From: a virus
Length of the DNA stretch: 64,000 bases
Virus record (IMG/VR): IMGVR_UViG_3300009345_000003
Location: 32,001 to 96,000 of that record
Direction: 5' to 3' (one strand)
A program made the position numbers and the translations under genes. How positions within the stretch are numbered: position 1 is the stretch's first letter; each line of letters opens with the position of its first letter. Under the pieces are notes generated by a model. That model searched no databases. It saw nothing but the letters and a program-made list of their open reading frames with translations, and had not been told where the DNA came from. Shown one piece after another: positions 54,408-64,000 of this stretch.

Positions 54408-54800
54408 CTACTTCCTCTTGATAGGTGTGACAGAAATCATGTCCAGTATACTATTTGCTGCTTGGTTATCCGTTTGAATTTTTTGTGTTTCTTTTGATCG
54501 TTTTTTATTTTTATTTGACTTTTTTAGTTGTTTTTCAAACTTATCCCACGCATCATTAACAGACTTATGCCCTTCTTTAGTTAAGTCTCTGGACGTGATA
54601 GCGACAAGACGCAACAAACTGGTATTAATGGATAAATTAGACTTCTCTGTATCAGCAGCAATTGCATAAAAGTCATACACAAGAGGGATGGAATACACTT
54701 CAAACAAATTTTCGTAAGAGTGTCCGCAGGCCAGAAGGTAACTGAATATTTCAGTTACACTTATCCCTTGTTCATTACCTGTCCTGCGACTGAAAAAAAA
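54408..54800 (-). CDS. Tail assembly chaperone, -1 frameshift extension (gpT-like)
   Basis: Open -1 frame from the slippery T-TTT-TTT at 54800-54793: FSRRTGNEQGISVTEIFSYLLACGHSYENLFEVYS... into ORF 54408-54707. Confidence 0.8.
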   Translation of the reverse strand, partial: FFFSRRTGNEQGISVTEIFSYLLACGHSYENLFEVYSIPLVYDFYAIAADTEKSNLSINTSLLRLVAITSRDLTKEGHKSVNDAWDKFEKQLKKSNKNKKRSKETQKIQTDNQAANSILDMISVTPIKRK

Positions 54801-55141
54801 TCAGTAATGATAGAGCTATTTGCTTGATAAAGATGTACAATCAAACTAACCGCTTTAGGTGCGTCAAACTCTTCAAATTCTTCTTGTGTAATATGCAGCA
54901 GCTTACTTGCTACAGGAGAACAATAAGGCAGTATTTGTAGGATAACTTTGATGATAGTAGCTAAATCTATAGTGATATCTTTAGCTTCTGCAATAGATTT
55001 AATGTGATCTACTACAGGGATAATGTCGGGGGAAACCAATGCAAGCTCTTTAAAGCTCATGGGTTTAATTTCAAAACCTTCATATTCAATAACGTTAAAT
55101 AATGCGTTGTCGTATTCTTTAGAATTGCTTTTTGTAGTCAT
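54761..55141 (-). CDS. Tail assembly chaperone (gpG-like)
   Basis: Between tail tube and tape measure; ends ...ANSSIITDFF at the slippery site. Confidence 0.85.
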   Translation of the reverse strand: MTTKSNSKEYDNALFNVIEYEGFEIKPMSFKELALVSPDIIPVVDHIKSIAEAKDITIDLATIIKVILQILPYCSPVASKLLHITQEEFEEFDAPKAVSLIVHLYQANSSIITDFFSVAGQVMNKG

Positions 55142-55206
55142 TTTTAATCTCTATGGTGAAAAGGTTAGTGGCATACCCAATGAGTACACCACTAACCGTA
55201 ATTGAG

Positions 55207-56379
55207 TTAGATTGTCAATGTCTCATCATTAACCTGGATGTATCCAAAGGGTATATCTGTGTTAATGCGATCCTGGAATACCGCGTTGTTATCACGCTGA
55301 ACAGTCAACGTGAAGTTACCCCGAATCCAATCGTCAGCAGAGTATGCCATACTGCCTTCGGGCATCATGTTACACCGAGGTATAATATGCATGTAACTCC
55401 GGCCTATTTCTGTTTTCATAAGCACCAGAGCGCAACCATACGTGCTCTTGAACGCTGTTTTAGTGCCGACAACTCCGAATCCATAAAAGCCTTCATCCGA
55501 ACGGACAAAGCTAAATCCGTTAAAAGAACGGGCAGCATTGATGTTCCATTCAAAGTTACCTGAACATTGAGAAACTACAGGATCGGAATCAGGGATGGAG
55601 TGTACACCATTGTTGATGTCAATCAACGTATCAGCACCATAAAGATCACTTGCAGCAGTACCTTTAGGTCGCAGATATAACCATGTACCGATAGTATCAG
55701 CAGTAAAATCAAGATCAGTGTACGCGATCCAATTACGCTTGTTTTCCCAAGCGCCTACACAATCAGTGGTGTTATTGCCGCCAATAATGAAACCGTAGGT
55801 TCCATTCGGAGGTTCTCCAGTAGCGCCGTTAGATACCCACAAAGCGCGGACAGCCTGAAGGGCGTTATCGGGATTACCTATAGCGAAATCCACAATAGTA
55901 ACTGCGTCTGTGTTTGAGCCTCTGAAAGTAGTTCCAGTTACTTGCAACTGTTTAAGGGACATGTTCAGGTTGGTGTCTTTCATGACAAAGTACCTGGACA
56001 GATTCAACAAGTCAGGTTCATCAAAGCCGAAATTGTACTGCAACGGTCTGTCAAGGGTAACGACTCTATCAACTTCTTCATAACCCATGTTACACACGGT
56101 ATGTTCCAAAGTTTCAATATCACCACCAACATTTGGCGCATCAATAGTACCCAGAAAACATTTGGCCAGAATTTCTTTGGCAGTACCTACCGGTTGATCG
56201 TAGGTATTTTTAACGTAACCGTAGTTGTCAGTTACGCCATAAGCTGCGTTTGTTAAAGCCATCCAGTCCACCCACGTCTGGAAATTACCTGAAATGGGGA
56301 TGGGGCTAAAGAAAATCTTCGGAACCCCAATGGTATAGTTATCCGGGGTACGTTCAGGAATGCGTTTTACTTGTGCCAT
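55207..56379 (-). CDS. Tail tube (major tail) protein
   Basis: YTIGVPKIFF, FLG, ETLEH, FGFDE, PEG...DDW...FTL; directly upstream of the chaperone. Confidence 0.75.
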   Translation of the reverse strand: MAQVKRIPERTPDNYTIGVPKIFFSPIPISGNFQTWVDWMALTNAAYGVTDNYGYVKNTYDQPVGTAKEILAKCFLGTIDAPNVGGDIETLEHTVCNMGYEEVDRVVTLDRPLQYNFGFDEPDLLNLSRYFVMKDTNLNMSLKQLQVTGTTFRGSNTDAVTIVDFAIGNPDNALQAVRALWVSNGATGEPPNGTYGFIIGGNNTTDCVGAWENKRNWIAYTDLDFTADTIGTWLYLRPKGTAASDLYGADTLIDINNGVHSIPDSDPVVSQCSGNFEWNINAARSFNGFSFVRSDEGFYGFGVVGTKTAFKSTYGCALVLMKTEIGRSYMHIIPRCNMMPEGSMAYSADDWIRGNFTLTVQRDNNAVFQDRINTDIPFGYIQVNDETLTI

Positions 56380-56382
56380 TTT

Positions 56383-57987
56383 TTACGCCTCCGTGTACCG
56401 GTAAGTGTTGAGTAAGCCGAAAGGAATACTGATCCTGGTTGGTAGGTACGGTATGTAAGCATCATCTTTTTTGATAGCAGTTAAAATGAAGCTGCCAGCA
56501 TTCCAATCATCCTTGTTAAAGTCAATCTGTCCGTCTGGACGTAGAGTGGCTTTTGGAGACATATAAATGTAGGAAACACCTATATTTTGCTCAAAGATAA
56601 TCAATGCAGGGCCTTCAAGTTCAGCCTGCCCCTTATTCACGCGCATTGTAGCAAAGGATGCATTATCTTTAACCCACGAAAAGCCGTTGTAGATATTGGT
56701 CGTGGAACCTGTACTGTAGTACTCGATATTGACCGTCAGAGTTTGCTCAGTATATGCGCTACCACCCTCTGTGGTGGAATCAGTTACAAACTGCGTAGCG
56801 GCTTCAATATTAAGCAGTCCCGTCTCATAGTTAATGTACGTGTTTGCCGGATTAGTGAAATACTGATCATCAGCAGTAGATGTACGTAACTTAGTCATGT
56901 TATTAACGTTAGTGTTTTCTTGGCCGTAGTCAGCCAAAACTTCAGTCTTTTCTTCCCAGGCAGTGCCGTTCCAATGCATGCCAGAAATAGTCACGCGAAT
57001 AGACTGATTAGCTACACGAGGAATCAAGTTGTTTGTGATAGTATGGGTAACGACAGACGAGGAATTAAAATTCCAAGGCTGACCCAAACGGGTGCTATCG
57101 ACGATACTTCTATCCTGTATGATAGTATGAGTGGGGACACCTACGTCAGTACCGTTCATTTTCAACTGTTTGATGTTACTATGAATGGTCGTGTCTGCAT
57201 AGCTATAGCCAGTCCCATTCATGTTATCCAACCAGGGCTTTACTTTCATTTCACCTACTGTGTGATCATACTGCATGATTGCACACAATATTTTACCTCT
57301 GTAATTAGCCAAATTTTCAGAGACATTTTCTTCCCGTTGGTAATCAGGGACGGTGAAGTAAAAGATTCCAGTCGGACTATAGTATGTGGAAGAAACATCA
57401 ACTTGTTCAAAACTGAAGTTCTGCTCAGTTAATATTTCAGTTGCAAGATACTCCAAGGAAGACAGATCATCTTCTAGATAGGACAAGTTGTTTGTTAATA
57501 CTTCAACTGCGCCTTCGATAAAATCGCCACCATCTCCAAAAGGAGCCTTACAAGAAGTCTTGGCTACGGCAGTGATCTTATTAGGATATGCTACGTTATC
57601 TGCGCCAAAATACTTCTGAAAGTTTGACTCGTTTACTTCATCAAAACCCATAGTGAATTCCAGGGAACGACGAGTAGTTACAACTTTATCGACTTGTTTA
57701 CGACCTTTGACAGACGATACGTGTTCAATAGAAGTAATTTCACCGCCAACGTCGTTACTTGTTAAGTTCCCCAAGTACGCTTTTTCCAATATATCGTTGG
57801 GTTTCATACATGTAGTTATTGCCTGTGTGTTCAGAACCTGTCCAGTGCTGGCATCAACCAGACCGGTATAAGCTCTATGTAAAGCAACGGCGTCCACTAC
57901 ATGCTCATCATCCCAATTCTTTACGGGATAAAAGTATACTGTAGGCATACCAACAGAATAGAAGTTGGGGTTCCTACTGATGCTCAT
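56383..57987 (-). CDS. Tail tube protein paralog with a larger insertion
   Basis: YSVGMPTVYF, YLGN, TSIEH, MGFDE, PDG...DDW...FIL, IPFG shared with 55207-56379. Confidence 0.7.
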   Translation of the reverse strand: MSISRNPNFYSVGMPTVYFYPVKNWDDEHVVDAVALHRAYTGLVDASTGQVLNTQAITTCMKPNDILEKAYLGNLTSNDVGGEITSIEHVSSVKGRKQVDKVVTTRRSLEFTMGFDEVNESNFQKYFGADNVAYPNKITAVAKTSCKAPFGDGGDFIEGAVEVLTNNLSYLEDDLSSLEYLATEILTEQNFSFEQVDVSSTYYSPTGIFYFTVPDYQREENVSENLANYRGKILCAIMQYDHTVGEMKVKPWLDNMNGTGYSYADTTIHSNIKQLKMNGTDVGVPTHTIIQDRSIVDSTRLGQPWNFNSSSVVTHTITNNLIPRVANQSIRVTISGMHWNGTAWEEKTEVLADYGQENTNVNNMTKLRTSTADDQYFTNPANTYINYETGLLNIEAATQFVTDSTTEGGSAYTEQTLTVNIEYYSTGSTTNIYNGFSWVKDNASFATMRVNKGQAELEGPALIIFEQNIGVSYIYMSPKATLRPDGQIDFNKDDWNAGSFILTAIKKDDAYIPYLPTRISIPFGLLNTYRYTEA

Positions 57988-58006
57988 TTGTGCTTCTCCT
58001 AATCAG

Positions 58007-58507
58007 TTAGGTGATTCTTTCGGCTACAAGACACTTAAAAAATGCTTTGTAGCAGCAATAGCCAGTAGTGGTTGTCCAATGATTTGCAGGCTGGGAGTAT
58101 ATGGCGCGAACGCCTCCGTTTTGTGGAAACACCCTGGAGTTTTCCTGCAACTCATAAATTAATTCTAAGGCAGTATTGAATGCTATGCCCTCACTGTCCA
58201 GGTGAGCACAGTAGATCACAAAGTTAGGATATGTTTGTCCTGAGAATGCTTCTGGCATACTACCTGCCATAGGTGCAATACAAATCCCATTTCTGTTTAA
58301 GGTACTCAAGTTTATAGTATCAGACATTATGTTAGTAAGCTGATTATTTTCCTGGGTTAGTGGAAAACTAAACTTGAAAATATTGTTGTTAGGATCATTC
58401 GATCTTGGAAAGAATCGCAGTTTTTGTCCAAAAGCTACATTAACCGGGTGCATAACATCCAATTTATCTATGTAAGTAGCAACGTAGTCAATGATTGATT
58501 TGTTCAT
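58007..58507 (-). CDS. Probable tail terminator
   Basis: Position before the tail tube genes; size; YPNFVIY...AFNTALELIYEL pattern. Confidence 0.55.
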   Translation of the reverse strand: MNKSIIDYVATYIDKLDVMHPVNVAFGQKLRFFPRSNDPNNNIFKFSFPLTQENNQLTNIMSDTINLSTLNRNGICIAPMAGSMPEAFSGQTYPNFVIYCAHLDSEGIAFNTALELIYELQENSRVFPQNGGVRAIYSQPANHWTTTTGYCCYKAFFKCLVAERIT

Positions 58508-59175
58508 AGTTTTTTTGTTTTATTAAATTTTGCAATTCTTTCTTTAGCTACAGCAAAAGCGTTTTTCTGACACCAAGTACCAAAACGATTAAGCATAGCT
58601 TTATTCATTTCGTAGCGTTCCAGGTTTAGCTCAAAAACGTTTTTTGATAAGTCGCCTCGGTTAAGAGATACTTCATCAGGTACTTCTTGTTCTTCTGCTA
58701 ATGTTCTACCTGCCGTAAAGGTTACAAGCATTGTTTGATCAGTTACTGTCTTTGGATTAATCCTGTAACGCATAGACAAATTAACGATAGTTTGGCCAGG
58801 ATTCCATGTAGTTTCTAAGTAAGCTTTTCTAACCCAGCGCCCACCTCTACCGCTGAGTGTAAAGCAGTCTAAAGTTTCTGCTTCTTGATAACTTACTTTT
58901 TTCCAACCGAACATGGGGTGTTCCTGGCCCCTAGCTGTCTGCAATACTTTTGTCCAAATCGTACCATAGGCTGTTTGTGCACGCGCTGAAAAAGCTAATA
59001 AACCAGTAGCAGTAGGCAGACAAGCAACGTAAAACTTGAAACCGCCCTTTACGCTTTCCTCAGCCATAATCTTTTGTTGACCAGTAATTCTTTTTTTAAA
59101 CCCCATAAGTATACTGTCACCATCTGATTCTTTGGCTGTTAGGTATTTGCGCACTCTGGCCATATTAACCCGCAA
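58504..59175 (-). CDS. Probable neck / tail completion protein (HK97 gp10-like position)
   Basis: Basic; P-x-x-TG-x-L-x-x-S motif (PTATGLLAFS). Confidence 0.55.
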   Translation of the reverse strand: MRVNMARVRKYLTAKESDGDSILMGFKKRITGQQKIMAEESVKGGFKFYVACLPTATGLLAFSARAQTAYGTIWTKVLQTARGQEHPMFGWKKVSYQEAETLDCFTLSGRGGRWVRKAYLETTWNPGQTIVNLSMRYRINPKTVTDQTMLVTFTAGRTLAEEQEVPDEVSLNRGDLSKNVFELNLERYEMNKAMLNRFGTWCQKNAFAVAKERIAKFNKTKKL

Positions 59176-59500
59176 TTACCTTTATGTGATCTAGATATCC
59201 ATCTAAATCACGTAGTTTATTAACTTTAATAGCTTTAAACCGTGCACACTCTTCGTCGGATTCAGAATCAAATACGGCTAAGATGTCACCGTGACTGATA
59301 TCAACGTCCTCTTCTATCCAGAATTGAGCTTTGCCTACAGTTTGGGTGCTTCCTTCAACGTATTTTGTTTCACCATAGTCTACATATCTGCAAGGGATTC
59401 TCTCAGCGATTAGTATTGTACCCCTTGCCGAGTACACATCCCCATCACTTCTTAGAATAGACATGTGATTAAAAGTGAATCCATTGATTGTTACCGACAT
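59165..59500 (-). CDS. Probable head closure (stopper) protein
   Basis: 111 aa beta-rich; IPCR, DISHGDIL, DLDGYLDH. Confidence 0.6.
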   Translation of the reverse strand: MSVTINGFTFNHMSILRSDGDVYSARGTILIAERIPCRYVDYGETKYVEGSTQTVGKAQFWIEEDVDISHGDILAVFDSESDEECARFKAIKVNKLRDLDGYLDHIKVIAG

Positions 59501-60123
59501 ATCCCTTCTCCATTAGGTACTTTGTACCAATCCCTAAAGTACGTTTTGTACGAATCTTGAGCATAAAACCACAGAGGAGGCTGCTTAGGGATTTTAGATG
59601 TGTACGCACCATCTATTGACCTAGCTGTTACAGCTCCTATGTAATAAAAGCCGATGTTTATTTTCTCTGTATGTTTTTTCTCAATGTAAAACGTAATACT
59701 ATTTTCTGTAACTACTTCTGCTGTAATTTTTGTCAAACGTTGTGCAGGAATAGGTGGAGAAACGCTATCTACAAAGTATTCAGAAAACAGAAACTCTGAA
59801 GTAGCTGTGCATACGTCCATCGTGATCTCTGTCCAGGGACCATAGATGTGCAAAAACCAGTCAAAAGTAGTTAAATCAAATGATAACGTTTCAGTTGTAT
59901 GCCTTTGACACATAGGTTCACTATCGTTTTTTACGAAGTCACACCAGCTGGATAAATGAACACGAACACCCAAACTAGCTTCAATGTGAATTAGCGAAAA
60001 GTTGCTTTCATCCCACGTTAAGTACTCTGGAATAACTAACGTTTGTTCAGCAAGTGATTTTCGGTAATCACCTATAGAATCATAATTAGGTACTCGGCTC
60101 ATATGGATTTCCTGCCCAACCAA
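59491..60123 (-). CDS. Hypothetical protein in the neck module (likely start 60102)
   Basis: Coupled between the adaptor and stopper genes. Confidence 0.6.
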   Translation of the reverse strand: MVGQEIHMSRVPNYDSIGDYRKSLAEQTLVIPEYLTWDESNFSLIHIEASLGVRVHLSSWCDFVKNDSEPMCQRHTTETLSFDLTTFDWFLHIYGPWTEITMDVCTATSEFLFSEYFVDSVSPPIPAQRLTKITAEVVTENSITFYIEKKHTEKINIGFYYIGAVTARSIDGAYTSKIPKQPPLWFYAQDSYKTYFRDWYKVPNGEGICR

Positions 60124-61126
60124 TAGCTACTTTGCCCTTGGTAAGATAACGCCCCAGCATAGCTACTACTGAGGGATGCAATCCGTACCGTGCAGCAAGT
60201 TTTTGTGTCATTAATGTGTACTGTCCAGTACCATATGACCTTGATGTGTCTCCAATTTTTGTACCAGTAACACCTGTACCAACATGTTTATCCCAGGCGA
60301 TAACTCCGAGTTCAGCCATAATCTGAGTAATCTGTGCTTTTTTTACTAATTCAAAAATAGGATAAAAGAATATTGCGCGTTCAAAACCTACACTTTCTAA
60401 AACTTCATTTTGTGTAGTGCAATCACATAACGTAATCACTCCGGTTGCTATATTGTGTGTCATTACATCGTAGTAAAATCGAGTACCGTCAGGATAAATT
60501 AAATGCAAGCATCCACCTGCGTATAAATCTGGGTTTTCGTCACCTGTGATGATCAGGTCTGTTGATTGTAAGGAGTTAGCAGAATAAAAGAAACCATTTA
60601 CACTAACTATTGAACCGGGGTCAGGCACAAAGTTAAATGTAATTAATCCTTTATTGTAATCCACAGTCATAGTGTATGATCCAACAGATGCACTAGCACT
60701 GCTATTGGTTATAGAAAATGTTAGTAGTGCTCCAGATAAATAAGTTTTAACTATGAGTGGTTCAGTTACAGTTCCTACAGCAGGGAACGCATCCAATGAA
60801 ACTATACTGCTTGCACCTGTGTCAACGTATTCGTAATTTTTTATTGAATTACCTGTTTCCACTAAACTCCAGGAACTGTTTGCTAACGGGTTACGCTCAA
60901 CAAGATAGTCAGCTCTGCGGGGAAAGGCCATAAACATTTTTTTATAGTACCTAATCCCCACATAGCTCATTTGACTAATTTTATAAGCGGTGTTGCGCAA
61001 TAAAGCTTCTTTCTTATAATCATCCATTTTCATCCATGCAAGTGAGGCTGAGCCGATATAATCGTTAGCTTCTGCCCAACTTACAAAACTATTAGCTTTT
61101 GGGTGCGCAACACCACTTATAATCAT
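60086..61126 (-). CDS. Head-tail adaptor (DnaT-like family) with a large internal insertion
   Basis: ANSFVSWAEANDY...KEALL...YVG-x-R...MAFPR at the N-terminus, VKKAQ...KIGDTSRSY...MLGRYL at the C-terminus, ~180-aa beta insert between. Confidence 0.7.
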   Translation of the reverse strand: MIISGVAHPKANSFVSWAEANDYIGSASLAWMKMDDYKKEALLRNTAYKISQMSYVGIRYYKKMFMAFPRRADYLVERNPLANSSWSLVETGNSIKNYEYVDTGASSIVSLDAFPAVGTVTEPLIVKTYLSGALLTFSITNSSASASVGSYTMTVDYNKGLITFNFVPDPGSIVSVNGFFYSANSLQSTDLIITGDENPDLYAGGCLHLIYPDGTRFYYDVMTHNIATGVITLCDCTTQNEVLESVGFERAIFFYPIFELVKKAQITQIMAELGVIAWDKHVGTGVTGTKIGDTSRSYGTGQYTLMTQKLAARYGLHPSVVAMLGRYLTKGKVAIGWAGNPYEPST

Positions 61127-61348
61127 TTACTTACTCTCACCAACAAATTCACGGATTTTGGAACCCACAACCTGTGTGTACACGCGATAGATAGGCAATC
61201 CGTTCTCGTCTTTCTTAGATGTTTTAATAACACGCTGACCGTTGTAAGTAGCCTGTTGTACAACGTTCAAATCCACAGTAGTGTCGAAAGAAGGAGCCTT
61301 CATTGTACTCTTTGTTTCTGTTTTATACGTTTCTTTCTTTTCAGCCAT
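61127..61348 (-). CDS. Small hypothetical protein after the capsid gene
   Basis: AAGGAG RBS. Confidence 0.65.
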   Translation of the reverse strand: MAEKKETYKTETKSTMKAPSFDTTVDLNVVQQATYNGQRVIKTSKKDENGLPIYRVYTQVVGSKIREFVGESK

Positions 61349-61358
61349 AACTTACTCC

Positions 61359-62339
61359 TTAAACCTGGGGCAGATTGCAGCCGCAGGCGTAGCGCCAGTC
61401 TTTGATAGTTGCACCAAACTGCATACGACATATAGCTGTCATAACCTGGGTTAATTCATCAGGAACCATGCGAATATCCAGGTTGGAACCAACCAAGGAC
61501 TGCATACCATTACCACGCTTGAGAAGTACCCAAGCATCTTCATTGGCGAAATTATGCCAAGTAACAACGTTAACACGATTGTATGCAGGGTTCATGGCCG
61601 AGACATTATGGTCTTTGCTCGGCCACATCTTTGTTCCAAGTATTTCTTCCGCTTCCAGCTCTAAGGCAGGATGAATCAGCAGAGTATCCGGCTTCAGATC
61701 GATAGGTTCGTTTTTCTCGTTCCTGTTCATCTCCAGTGTAAAGTGCTTCCACACGGCGATGAAGTTTTCCAAAGTGAGGGGCAGCGGGAAGTAGTTTTCA
61801 ATTGCAATACCTGGAGCAGCTTTCAAAGGATGTCCATTACCCGCACCGGCAAACCAAGGCTTCAAATCGTAAATGAAGTTACCAGAAGGGTCTTCAAAAA
61901 CACCTTCAACAGAGTTGTTAAATTCAGGAGAACCAGTCAGCAATGCGCCTTTATTAAACAAGTCAGAGTAGAACTTGTCCATGGTCATCGCAGCCTTTGT
62001 TCCCCAAGAAGAAACATCACGCAAGATCATTGCTTCAATATCGGCTTCATTTTTACGAACAAGGTTTGACCACTGCATGGACTTACCAAACAGACGCGTG
62101 GAACCGTATGTAACCCAACCATCATGCATGGTGTCCAAAGGCGGTACTTCACCTTCTTTTATTTCAGTCAACAAACCAGAGCTGGTGTAGCTCATTTCTT
62201 GAATGTACGACTCTTCGATTGTACGCATGGGAAACAGTTCGCCAAAACGCATAGGTACTGCGGCGTACTCTTTCAAGAATATGTCTATAATTTTGTTATT
62301 TAATTGCAGGGCAAAATCCTGCCTAAGAAGTTGTGCCAT
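61359..62339 (-). CDS. Major capsid protein (HK97 fold, Mu gpT-like family)
   Basis: IKEGE, FGKSMQWS, YDLKPWF...HP, LTLENF, PDTLLIHPALELEAEEIL, DAWVLL, FGATIKDWR. Confidence 0.88.
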   Translation of the reverse strand: MAQLLRQDFALQLNNKIIDIFLKEYAAVPMRFGELFPMRTIEESYIQEMSYTSSGLLTEIKEGEVPPLDTMHDGWVTYGSTRLFGKSMQWSNLVRKNEADIEAMILRDVSSWGTKAAMTMDKFYSDLFNKGALLTGSPEFNNSVEGVFEDPSGNFIYDLKPWFAGAGNGHPLKAAPGIAIENYFPLPLTLENFIAVWKHFTLEMNRNEKNEPIDLKPDTLLIHPALELEAEEILGTKMWPSKDHNVSAMNPAYNRVNVVTWHNFANEDAWVLLKRGNGMQSLVGSNLDIRMVPDELTQVMTAICRMQFGATIKDWRYACGCNLPQV

Positions 62340-62351
62340 TTTTTGCCCCCT

Positions 62352-62879
62352 TTACATGCGCTTGATGCTAACAACAACAAAGCCCTGCGGAGCGTGCAAT
62401 ACAGCGTCTTCCACCTGGATAGGGGAGGCGGCTGCTTCTACATCCGTCAGAACCTGATTGCCATCACCATCAACAATAAGTTCATATGTTTTACCAGTAA
62501 CTAAATTTGCCTGAACACTGTTATCACTCATCTTAATGAGGAACTGGCTAGAAGGATCAGTCAGAAAGCAAATAGGTTCTCCAGCCTTGTACTCATAGTT
62601 AGGGTTGTATGTCTGCTGTACAGGTGTTTGATCCCAGCGACCCTTTTCAGAAGCATGCATCCAGCCAGCGCACTTATGTCCAGTGTTATTACCGGACATC
62701 AGCACCAAAGAACCATCAGCAGTGGCGTAACCGCTAAACCGCGCAGACATTTTCTGCATAGTGATATCATTAGGCAGATCATGCCAATACAAAGTTTGAT
62801 CACCACCGTCCAGCTTATATGGACGTGGGAATAACTCTACGTCGCCATTATATTGAAGGCGACCTTTGCTCATAGCCAT
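62352..62879 (-). CDS. Probable head decoration / cement protein
   Basis: Directly upstream of the capsid gene; beta-rich, 175 aa. Confidence 0.5.
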   Translation of the reverse strand: MAMSKGRLQYNGDVELFPRPYKLDGGDQTLYWHDLPNDITMQKMSARFSGYATADGSLVLMSGNNTGHKCAGWMHASEKGRWDQTPVQQTYNPNYEYKAGEPICFLTDPSSQFLIKMSDNSVQANLVTGKTYELIVDGDGNQVLTDVEAAASPIQVEDAVLHAPQGFVVVSIKRM

Positions 62880-62881
62880 GT

Positions 62882-63595
62882 TTAATTCTCCTGTAAGAAT
62901 TTCTTTAAGTTAGTATGCAGCTCATTAACTACATCATCCCCAGCCGGTACAGAGTGTTGGCATATGATTAAATTACCGTCATTATGCACGAACCAATCGT
63001 TCTCAGTTAACCCAAACTGAGAAGCGAACTCTGTAAGTGGTGGACAACCAATTGTTAAATTCTTTTGTAGTGCTGGTTTGTTATCTAAGGCAAAAAGTAT
63101 ATATGCATAACCTTTATTAAAAATAAGGGTTCTCATGCTAGGGGATATAAATTTACTGTAAGGTGCGACCACAATTTTGTGACCACTTATAATATCGGTA
63201 TGTAATCCATTAAGTACATCGTTGCTGACTATTTCTGAATTACTAAAGAGAAATTTTGAGAAAAATTTAAAAAGTTCTGCCGCCATCAACAATTTATCAG
63301 CGTTTCGAAACCCATAGAGTATACTGTTAGGGATGCCTTGGAGAGGTTCAAAATACTCTCTGTTTGTAATGTCTCTGAGTGTTTCTTCAAACGTCATGTA
63401 CTGTCGAATAGAATGATGCACGTACCTAGACGTATCCATGTGGATACCTAGTAAACAAGTGTCTCTTTGAAATTTAACGTTTCTGTTGGGATATATGATA
63501 GAGATATCAGACATTTTAAGTTTGTATGTTTTATACAAAACGAATGCCGACTTATATACGTCTAAGTGCCCTTCGGCTGGTACTATTACATGCAT
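62882..63595 (-). CDS. Hypothetical protein, weak MYG1/DHH-like resemblance
   Basis: GHLD near the N-terminus, YVHH, C-terminal WFVHNDGNLI. Confidence 0.4.
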   Translation of the reverse strand: MHVIVPAEGHLDVYKSAFVLYKTYKLKMSDISIIYPNRNVKFQRDTCLLGIHMDTSRYVHHSIRQYMTFEETLRDITNREYFEPLQGIPNSILYGFRNADKLLMAAELFKFFSKFLFSNSEIVSNDVLNGLHTDIISGHKIVVAPYSKFISPSMRTLIFNKGYAYILFALDNKPALQKNLTIGCPPLTEFASQFGLTENDWFVHNDGNLIICQHSVPAGDDVVNELHTNLKKFLQEN

Positions 63596-63695
63596 TTGAA
63601 TTTAGCCTCTAATAAATTGTTGTGAATTGTTGTCAATCCAGACAATACATTAGGCTTAATCCAAAGCCTGTTTATTCTGTTTTACTGTTATTTTT

Positions 63696-63998
63696 TTAAA
63701 TGTCAACTAATACAAAGCCATTATGTTCAATTTCACCTTCTATTTCTGGGAATTCGATGGTTGTACCATACGCTTCTTTAATTTTGTACACTGTTCTTCT
63801 TGAGAACATTTCAGCACTATGTTGTTCTCTACTAATAATTTGATCCCCGTTTTCTTCAATAATTAGTGATGTGGTGTCAGATACATTATTTATAAAATCC
63901 ATAGCGTACCAAACTTTTGTAAAATGGACACTGAGTAATCGTTTAACAAGGTTTGAAAACTCATTCATCTTAAAGTAGAACACACCATGAGAAATCAT
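63696..63998 (-). CDS. Hypothetical protein (start uncertain at the window edge)
   Basis: ORF track; same strand as the structural module. Confidence 0.5.
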   Translation of the reverse strand: MISHGVFYFKMNEFSNLVKRLLSVHFTKVWYAMDFINNVSDTTSLIIEENGDQIISREQHSAEMFSRRTVYKIKEAYGTTIEFPEIEGEIEHNGFVLVDI

Positions 63999-64000
63999 AT

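Noticed and set aside
56383-57987. Contractile tail sheath
   Set aside because: It is collinear with the adjacent tube protein, and no baseplate wedge genes are recognisable.
1-64000. Prophage, integrase, DGR or retron
   Set aside because: No recognisable recombinase, reverse transcriptase, att-like repeat or host housekeeping block; lifestyle cannot be determined from this window.

Overview
The window is a 64 kb segment of a large, AT-rich tailed dsDNA phage with a siphovirus-type (non-contractile) tail module. From left to right: (1) scaffold and portal genes (1-2161, minus); (2) a minus-strand block of small accessory genes (2.2-16.5 kb) with thyX, a dNMP-kinase-like P-loop protein, a minimal protein kinase, a stand-alone DUF262 domain, one atypical tRNA-Leu, one tRNA-like RNA and several structured non-coding stretches; (3) a replication/recombination operon (UDG-fused family A DNA polymerase, T7/Twinkle-like primase-helicase, SSB, RecA-like, RuvC-like; 16.5-26.8 kb); (4) a divergent control region (26.75-27.3 kb); (5) a 957-aa multi-wHTH protein with a probable origin inside its gene, two HU-like genes, SbcD/SbcC and several degenerate-looking enzymes (27.3-39.3 kb, mostly plus); (6) the head-to-tail structural module (39.2-62.9 kb, minus) with a 3288-aa tape measure, a -1 frameshifted tail chaperone and two paralogous tail-tube genes. 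I saw no terminase, lysin, integrase or CRISPR array. The best candidate for an undescribed system is in the control region: three tandem, separately promoted small RNAs whose hairpin loops are antisense to the Shine-Dalgarno/start-codon sequences of the phage's own genes. A ~330-nt and a ~113-nt structured RNA and a tRNA mimic add to a rich RNA layer. All calls come from reading motifs and base-pairing by eye; no database search or folding program was run.
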